A DNA stretch of 64,000 bases, from positions 806,001 through 870,000 of the forward strand of contig OZ374563.1 in NCBI GenBank assembly GCA_977862235.1, written 5' to 3'. A program made the position numbers and the translations under genes. The stretch's first letter is position 1, and every line of letters begins with the position of its first letter. The notes under the pieces are model-generated. The model was not told where the DNA came from, searched no databases, and worked only from the letters and a program-made list of their open reading frames with translations. Of this stretch, positions 56,687 to 64,000 are shown one piece after another. The DNA is from Dudresnaya verticillata. Its lineage: Eukaryota.

Positions 56687-58582
56687 CGACCCCCTCGCAA
56701 AACGCGAACACGTCCGCCGCAAACTTGCGTTTCTCTGCGGGTCCCACTTTGTCGTGCGTGCGTTCCTGCGTTCCGGCTGTGCCGTGCTAACTTTGTGTGC
56801 TGCGCGTTGCGTCCGGCGAGCTCTCGTTCTCTCGCGCTCTCTTCACCGTTCTTCATCGCCTCTGGCGCATCGTGAATCCCTTCAACGACGCCAGATCCAA
56901 TTCGTCGCCTGGGGCGTGTCAGTTGCATCGTCGTCGACGAGTTGTGTGAAGTTCATCGCCCAAGGCGCAGGTGTTTCCCGTCTGTGACGCAGTTTCATCG
57001 TAGTCGCCCGGGGCGCAGAACAAAAGGCGTCTTTGACGTAAGCAAAAAGTAGAACCGCCTGTGGCGTGGGGCAAGAGTCGTCGTTGACGTTGGTTTGACC
57101 TTAAGCGCCAGTGGCGTAAACGAAGTTGCGTCATTGACGATATGTGTTGAATGTTTTTGCGGCGTTTAGCCGCCGTGGCTTGTAGCTTGGGCGCAGAGCT
57201 TCCCCGTTGCTTAGCCCGAATAAATTGTATCGTTGGTAACGTAGTTTGGTTTCGTCCCGCTGCAATCGTCGTGTTGCAGCCGTCGCGTTGTAGTGTGTTG
57301 CCACCGCGTCTTGCGGGTGTGTTAGCGAACTCGTGCTACACGTATAGTGAGAAGTGGTGTCGCTTCGGCGAGCGTTCACCTACTTTTTGTCTCATCGTGA
57401 CGACGTTATTGTATTAATCGTCGAGAGACGCTACTTGGGCGTTGTACCTACCTTCTTTGTTCGCTGCATTAGCGTTGTGTAGCGCGCCTGGGGCGTTGTT
57501 TTCGGAACTGCGTTTCGTTGACGACAAATATTGTCGACGTTGTCGGGGCCGAGCCTCTTGATTATTTCGCTTAGCAAAGCGTTTCTTTGCGTTGCATTTC
57601 ATCCTGCCACGCTCGACAGAGTCGTCATGGATGACTCGCTCAGAGCGTTGTTGGGTGTTGTCGCGTTCGGTCCGCGGCTTGCGCGTGAGCGTGGGCCATT
57701 TGCACGCCAGGGGCGTATTCTTTTCTCGCTTGCTGTGTAGCTTAGCTTCTGTAGCTTAGTTGTGCGCATCGTCGTTGACGAAGGTCGATGTGTGGGGGGT
57801 GAGGTGGCTTCTGGTGGTGGGCGAGTTGCCTTGTTCCTCGTCTCTGGCGTTCTCCTTCGAGGGTGGGGAATGGTCGTCGCGCGACTGTGGCTGCCATTCC
57901 CAGCGGCGGAGCCATTGCGCGATTTGGTTAGCGATTCGGTTGTGCGTCGTGCACGTAACCGTGATAAGCGCGTCCTCGACGACTCACTCCCCCCCCATTG
58001 TCGGCGGGTTCGGCGGCGTGCCCCTTCTTCGGGAGGTGCGTCGTCGGCGTGGTGCGTGTGTTCGTGCCCGGCCGAGCCGTTCGCTGGCTGGGTAGGGGAA
58101 GGCTGCAGCGACTTGGCCGTGGTGCGCAAGCGTGCGGCAACGTCGGGGACGGTCCTTGCGCGTTACGAAGTGCGTCTGGCGTCGTACGTGCCGGTAGCAC
58201 CAGTGCTGCCACCTGGCATACCTTGTTTGGCGTAATGGTTGATTGTCGGGTAGTGCGCCTCCCCTTTGTTTGTGCATTAAAATTTCCAGCTCGCGTCTGC
58301 GTCTGGCAACGGGATTGGTGAGGCGCGTACCTCGGCGGGTGATCTGGAGCCACTGTCAGCCACCCTCGCATCCGGGGCGTTGTATGAGGGCCGTTTGGTG
58401 TGGTTGTCTTTGACGCCAGATTTGCGTCCTGCTCCGTCTGTGACGTGCGTGCTTGATTGTCGCCGCGGCGGGTTTGTCCGCGTCCACTTACGTGAGAGGG
58501 GGCTTCCACGCCGTTGGCGACGTTTGCGTGCCCGTGCAGTCTCTGAACGTCAGTGTATTCGCTATTAGCGTTGTTTTCCCGA

Positions 58583-60602
58583 TTAGGGTTTTCCGCGCTT
58601 GGCGTCGTCAATATTTGGAGGCAGGCGCGTGTGCTTCCGACGGTGGTACCGCACGGCGTGCGATCGCGGCAAACTGGACACGGGCTCCCAGGTGTTCGCT
58701 GAAGCGGGGTATCCAGACCACTTGACGCGGTAGAGGATCTCACCATCATCCGCGTAGGCGTGCGACTCGATGCATTCGATAACGTATTCTTTCCCGCTCA
58801 CAGCGTTCGGCTTGGACCGGTGTCCTTGCAGCGCCTTTGGCGGTTCGTCTCGTTGCGTTATGGGCGTCTGTTCCGGTTCGGCGAAGCGTACTCGACGAGT
58901 TGATCGCCGAAGGCGTTGGCCTTGGGCCTCGGACGCTAGATCAGCGGTAAGTGGGTTGTTGCGTCTTGAGACGGGTCCATCGCTTGCAGCGCCTTGCTTC
59001 GTGCTTGCACGGTTAACGTCGTCGTTATCGGGCGCGCTTTCAGCGGATTCATTGTTCTCATTCGGCAGTGCCGTAGCGATGTGTTCCAAACGGGTGCGAA
59101 CCCCTGGGGTATTGTCGTCGCTGGAGACGGATTGCGAAGCGCGGTCGTTGGGATCGGCGGCGAAGGGCGAAAGCTCTGCCAACCCAGGACTACGTGACGC
59201 TGGGGTCTACGCTCTTGCGGATCTCTCGCAGTATGCGAAGTCTCTGCGTCCCCCTCCGGGTCCGCTGGTGGCGTGCTTGGGGTAGTCGTCCCTTCGTCTT
59301 GTGACGTGGGGGCGACTGCGTCCTGCTCCCCAGGCGGGCCTGGTGGTACGACGATTGGAGGGGCCGCCTGACCCGGTGGGGTCGGCGCCCAGACCACGCG
59401 GTCTCGAGACAAACGTTCCCGCTCATCACGTCCCTTGTCGACGGTTACTGTCTCGTTATCAACGTGAGTTACCCGGTATGGTCCGTCCGCCACTGGCGCC
59501 AGCTTATGCTTACGCTCTGCGCGATCCGTGCTCCCGCCTCGGGCGAAGTATTCCTTACGTACGAATACGAAGTCGCCTACGGCGATTGTTTCCTTCGATT
59601 TCCTAATCGTTTATCGAAGTTTCGTTTGTAACGTGCTTGAGTTTTCTCTAACGACGCTTTAGCGGTTCCCATCAGTGCGGCCAACCAGGTTCGCCACTTG
59701 GTATAGTATTGACCAGCGGTGGGTACGCTTTCGAGCGACGGTTCCGCTTCGAGCGACAGTGGCCGTGGTGGCTTAGACAGCACCAATTCAAACGGAGCGA
59801 GATGCGTAGAAGAATGCAACTGTGTGTTGTATGCGAACTTCAAGGCATCCGTGAACAGGTCCCAGTCTCTCGGATGATCCGCAACGTAGTGACGCAGCGA
59901 GGCCAGGATAGTGCGATTGAATCGTTCTACCTGGCCATTGCATTGCGGATGATACGTCGTGGTGAAGAGATTCTCCACTCCCAAACGACGGCAGATATCC
60001 TGAAACAGCTTAGCCACAAACTGTGGTCCGTTGTCGGACAACAGTTTCTTGGGAGGACCGTACACGAAGACCCAATGTCGTACAAACGCCTTAGCGATTT
60101 CCAATGCTGTAATAGTACGCAGTGGGACCGTCCGGACCAGCTTCGAGAAGCGGTCCACAATGACGAGTAGGAACTTGTTTCCTCGCTTCGTGCGTATGAG
60201 TTCGCCCAGGATGTCGATCGACACGAATTCGAGAGGCTCGGTTGCCGGGAACAACTTCAATTGCTTGGTGTTCTTTCGCAGCAATACGCGATTCTTAGCG
60301 CAGGTTACGCAGTTGCTGATGGTCGCATAGCAGTCCACTGGCATCGATAGCCAATAGTATTCGCGTCGAAGCGTATGATACAACTTACGCCCCCTGGGTG
60401 CCCTGCCAACTTGGCGTGGTGCCGGAGGTGGAGTAAGCGAGCGCGTAACGCGGAGGGTACGACCACTTGCGGACGGACTTCCACGGTTCGGACCAACAGG
60501 CCCTGTTATCCGTTGCGAACGGTAAGATGATCCCGTCATCCAGACGTTTCCTGACATCGTTACAGTATTTGTCATCGCCTTGGGCGTGTACCAACTCCTC
60601 AT
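58583..60602 (-). pseudogene. Gypsy integrase plus chromodomain (frameshifted)
   Basis: HHAKLAGHPG, CVTC, DILGE, SDNGPQF, NGQVERFN, DGPYRV, YRVKWSGYPASANTWEP. Confidence 0.92.
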
Positions 60603-61817
60603 GCGTCACTTGACGAAGGAGTACCTCATCCGCCGGTGGCGTGTTGTTGATCAACACTTGGTCGAACGCCTCGAACTCTCGTTCGGCGAAGTCGACCTCG
60701 CCTTCAGCGTCTGACAGATCGTCTTGTGACGTTTGATGGCCGTCTTGGGCGTAGCTTCCGTGATAGCATGGTATATCATCGTCAATGGGCTCGACGGTTT
60801 CTCCCTTCGTCTGTAGACGCGAAAGGGCATCTGCCTGAGTATCCAGGTACCCCTTTTTGTACTTCACGACAAAGTCGAACTCGGAAAGGCGAAGGCGCCA
60901 CCGCATTAACCGTCCGGAGGGGTCGCTGATTTCCATCAGCCACCTCAATGACGAATGGTCCGTATGGACTGTGAACGGCTCCATCTGGAGGTAAGGTCTC
61001 AGCGTCATGACGGACCATACTACTGCGAGGCACTCCTTTTCGGAGACCGAGTAGTTACGATCTGGAGCGGTGAGCGAGCGGGATCAGAAGCCGAGTGGCT
61101 TACGTTCCCCGTCGGGCTGCGTTTGAAAGAGAGCGCAGCCGACCTGATACTCGCTTGCGTCACAGTCGACGGAATAGGAGAGACCCTGTTGTGGTAGCGC
61201 CAGTATAGGCGGATGAGTCACGGCCTCGACGAGCGTACTGAACGCTTTGGCTTGTGTCTCATCAAACGTTGGTAACCGGAAATCCTGTTCCTTCCTCAGC
61301 AACGTGTTGAGGGGGGCAGCGACATGCGCGTATCGCGAGACGAACCGTCGGTAGACGTTACAAAGACCTAAGAAACTCCGTAGCTCCTTCTGATCCCGTG
61401 GATGCTTGGATTCGCGTAGCGCGGCAGTGACAGTTCGGTCAACTTCTAACCGTCCTGGACGTATGAAGTGTCCTAAGTAGTTGACGGTCAGGGTGAAGAA
61501 GTCGCACTTGGTCAACTTCAGAGTCACCCCGGCGCGGTGCAATGTCGAAAGGATCTCGTCAACATGACGGAAGTGACTGTCAATGTCGCTGGAGAAGATT
61601 ATTACGTCATCGGCACCTGCCAGTACCCACTGTTACAGTCTAGGGTGGTGAAGACGTTTGCTTCCCCTAGGCTGTCAATGCATTCGTCGATACGCGGCAG
61701 CGGGTACCTTTCCCGTATGTTTACTGCGTTTAAACGACGGTAGTCTACGCAAAAGCGGAGGGTCCCGTCCTTCTTGGGGGCGAAGACCACTGGTGACGCC
61801 CACGGCGATTGTGCGGG
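60603..61817 (-). pseudogene. Gypsy RT/RNase H with an internal deletion of the RT core
   Basis: KKDGTLRFCVDYRRLN...YWQVP is joined directly to DDVIIFSS at ~61610. DCDASEY, TDHSSL and ADALSR follow. Confidence 0.9.
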
Positions 61818-63314
61818 CTAGATAACCCCTTGACGCAGCATGCGGTCCACTTCCGCTTGAGCGAGTTGTCTTTGCTTCGGCCCCGCTCGGTAGGGCGGGG
61901 ACGATATCGGTCTAGAGCCGGGAAGCAAGTCGATGTAGTGCTCCGTGGTTGAGATTTCCCCCAACGAACCGTCCCACATAGACGAATACTTGCGCAACAT
62001 CTCCTTAAGCCGGCCTTGATGCTCGGCGGGGAGATGTCCCAAGTCCATATCGTCTACTGACGGAGGTTTGGCCGTGGTTGCCTCGATAGACTTCGTGAAA
62101 GTATCCGGCTGTGCCGCAGTATTATCGTTCGTTTGAAAACGGAAATCTTGGTTTGCCTTCTCTTCCTCGGCCTGTTCCTCTGTGAGGCCCAAAACATCGG
62201 TTAGAATTACGTGACTGGGGAACACTGCTGTCGGATGTGGTAACGCCGTGGCGACGACTTGGCCCTTGGCCAGCGCCTGCGGGCGGGGAGAGAAGTTGGC
62301 AACCAGAATACGAAACGCTTTTAGCGGCTCCACTTGACCAATCCCGTTTGTAACGGCCAACCCTTGTTTGTCGTACAGCGTTCCGAACGGTTGAATTCTG
62401 ATGATGCTGGCGCGTTCGGTGGTCACCGATACCCATTGCTGCGCCTTAGGCGGGATGATCGCGCGCTCGGCGACTCGGATCTTGGGCGACGTCCTCCCTT
62501 CGGCCTTGCCGTATTCCTGTTCCGTTGGTAACGGAGGATACGACGGAGGTCGGCGCAGCGGGCGGCGCATTATAGGGACACGAGTCCCGCCATCCAATTC
62601 GACCTCGCGACTTCGCGGATATATTGCTTCGACGATGCGGTCGCAAAAGTCGCAGCCGAGTATAACCGGCGCAGCGAGTCGTTCGCAAACGATCAGTTCC
62701 AACTTGACGACTCTCCGTCCCAGACGAACGACCAGGTCGATGGTGCCTCTTGTCTGGATCGCCTTATTGTTGGCGTCGGCTATGACGGGGAGGCTCTTTG
62801 CCACGATGCGCGATCGCGCTTCCAGCGGAATGTCGTCAATGCGAATGAAATTCGGACCAGCCCCCGTGTCGAGGACAGTGCGTTTACGTGCCAAGGTACT
62901 AACGGTTGCGCCCGAATCGGCGTACACCTTGTAGTTCCTCTTGGCCATTACGAACAACTGCCCTCGCGCCTGGGGGGGCTGGTACCTTCGCCATGGGCGT
63001 TTTAATGACGTCTGTGACGACTCTATCCGCCCGTTGGTGTCATCAGTAACTAACTTCGGGCCCTCCTTCCGTGTCAGCACCCGAGGCCTAGGCCTCTCTT
63101 CGTGGTGCGACACCCCAGTGTCAGGAGTTGGTGCCCGAGTTAGTTTTTCGCCCGCGGCGGTGCTTGTGGCGCTACATAGCGACTGATCATCGTCGGATGA
63201 CGTTCTGGCGCGTGCGGCATGGGTCCACCTCGTGGCGATTGTGGTCGTGCAGCACGGCGAGCAGCGTCGCGGTCGCGCGTTCCTTGCAACGTATATACGC
63301 ATCAGCGGGGACAC
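61818..63314 (-). CDS. Gypsy protease, dUTPase-like region and start of RT
   Basis: LDTGAGPNFI; ILGCDF; PPYRAGP. Terminated by a premature stop. Confidence 0.88.
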   Translation of the reverse strand: MSPLMRIYVARNARPRRCSPCCTTTIATRWTHAARARTSSDDDQSLCSATSTAAGEKLTRAPTPDTGVSHHEERPRPRVLTRKEGPKLVTDDTNGRIESSQTSLKRPWRRYQPPQARGQLFVMAKRNYKVYADSGATVSTLARKRTVLDTGAGPNFIRIDDIPLEARSRIVAKSLPVIADANNKAIQTRGTIDLVVRLGRRVVKLELIVCERLAAPVILGCDFCDRIVEAIYPRSREVELDGGTRVPIMRRPLRRPPSYPPLPTEQEYGKAEGRTSPKIRVAERAIIPPKAQQWVSVTTERASIIRIQPFGTLYDKQGLAVTNGIGQVEPLKAFRILVANFSPRPQALAKGQVVATALPHPTAVFPSHVILTDVLGLTEEQAEEEKANQDFRFQTNDNTAAQPDTFTKSIEATTAKPPSVDDMDLGHLPAEHQGRLKEMLRKYSSMWDGSLGEISTTEHYIDLLPGSRPISSPPYRAGPKQRQLAQAEVDRMLRQGVI

Positions 63315-64000
63315 CAGCCTTCTCGGCTTCGGTTAGTCCTTCATAGTTGGTAATAACCTTCATGAAGTCGCTCATGCGGAGGAAGCAGTCCGGCGCGATG
63401 TGTCCGCGGGCGTAGCATTGGTGGCATACCAGCTGCCGACGCGCGTCTTGACGGGGCGGGCCTCTGTCCTGCCATCCGGGCCTTGCTCGGTGGACGTGAG
63501 GAGCATACTCGGAATAGGGGACGCGGGGAGCGGGTACGACTGCGCGCCCAAAGGCGAGAGCGGGGTCCATATCCCTTTCGTCTTCGTCATCGACGTAGCT
63601 TTCCGTCGGTAGAGCCGAGGTTGGCACCGACGCCTGCTCGTCTGCCAAATACAGATCGCCTTCGGCGTGTGTTTCCATGTCATCGACAGGACGACTAACG
63701 TCTCGGAACTCGACGGAGGACTCCGCGATCATAGCGCGCGCTCCAGGCTTGGCGCCTCTCGTCTGTAGACGCAGTACCCCTCGGGTATCGCCGATGGCGG
63801 ATCGCGGTGTGCGTACGGCTTGAGCCGGTGTCAGTAGGTCACGTCGTGCTGACGCGGAACCGGCCCTGCCGTGTCGTGCGCGGTTGGAATCCCCTTCGTC
63901 TTGTGCGAAGTGGACCAGCCGCTCAAATGACAAATCCGCCCTTGGCGTTTCTTCTCGGAAGCGAGCGACTAGGGACCTGATCGACGGGTCTAACCCGTCG
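63187..64000 (-). CDS. Gag C-terminus with CCHC zinc knuckle
   Basis: CHQCYARGHIAPDC. Confidence 0.85.
   Translation of the reverse strand, partial: DGLDPSIRSLVARFREETPRADLSFERLVHFAQDEGDSNRARHGRAGSASARRDLLTPAQAVRTPRSAIGDTRGVLRLQTRGAKPGARAMIAESSVEFRDVSRPVDDMETHAEGDLYLADEQASVPTSALPTESYVDDEDERDMDPALAFGRAVVPAPRVPYSEYAPHVHRARPGWQDRGPPRQDARRQLVCHQCYARGHIAPDCFLRMSDFMKVITNYEGLTEAEKAGVPADAYIRCKERATATLLAVLHDHNRHEVDPCRTRQNVIRR

Larger units (their letters stand above)
55841..64000 (-). mobile_element. Ty3/Gypsy chromodomain LTR retrotransposon 2 (degenerate; runs off the window)
   Basis: Gag knuckle, PR, RT, RH, IN and chromodomain in Gypsy order, followed by PPT and LTR. Confidence 0.93.

Noticed and set aside
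56700..58580. Antisense domain-X ORF in Gypsy 2
   Set aside because: Only short, low-complexity overlapping ORFs, with no domain X motif.
1..64000. TnpB/Fanzor, tyrosine recombinase, Helitron Rep, viral capsid or PolB genes
   Set aside because: No diagnostic motifs were seen in the ORF track. The many short GC-rich ORFs are shadows of the features listed.

Overview
This is a eukaryotic, transposon-saturated nest with no recognisable housekeeping gene, rRNA, tRNA or CRISPR array. The GC-rich, apparently intron-free TE repertoire suggests a red alga or similar protist, but that is inference only. Contents: (1) at least five nested chromodomain-clade Ty3/Gypsy elements or fragments, with six LTRs bounded by TGTGG...CCACA-type termini, two of them solo LTRs; (2) a complete 2.6-kb PIF/Harbinger-superfamily element with 18-bp TIRs and an ACT target duplication; (3) a Ty1/Copia 3' half interrupted by a Gypsy; (4) a decayed SWIM/CxC (KDZ-like) transposase; (5) a ~17.5-kb CACTA/EnSpm element with 17-bp TIRs, a transposase, three cargo genes and a tandem array; (6) a module with a PhyH-like 2OG-Fe(II) dioxygenase, a 130-bp tandem array and a homologue of one CACTA cargo gene. 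The most notable signal is an unannotated protein domain ('X') present three times: antisense in the 3' region of two different Gypsy elements, and as cargo in the CACTA DNA transposon. It sits within a recurring layout of convergent gene pairs separated by tandem repeats. With the Tudor-like and dioxygenase cargo, this suggests a TE-encoded accessory, possibly anti-silencing, toolkit shared between class I and class II elements. All homologies were judged by eye.
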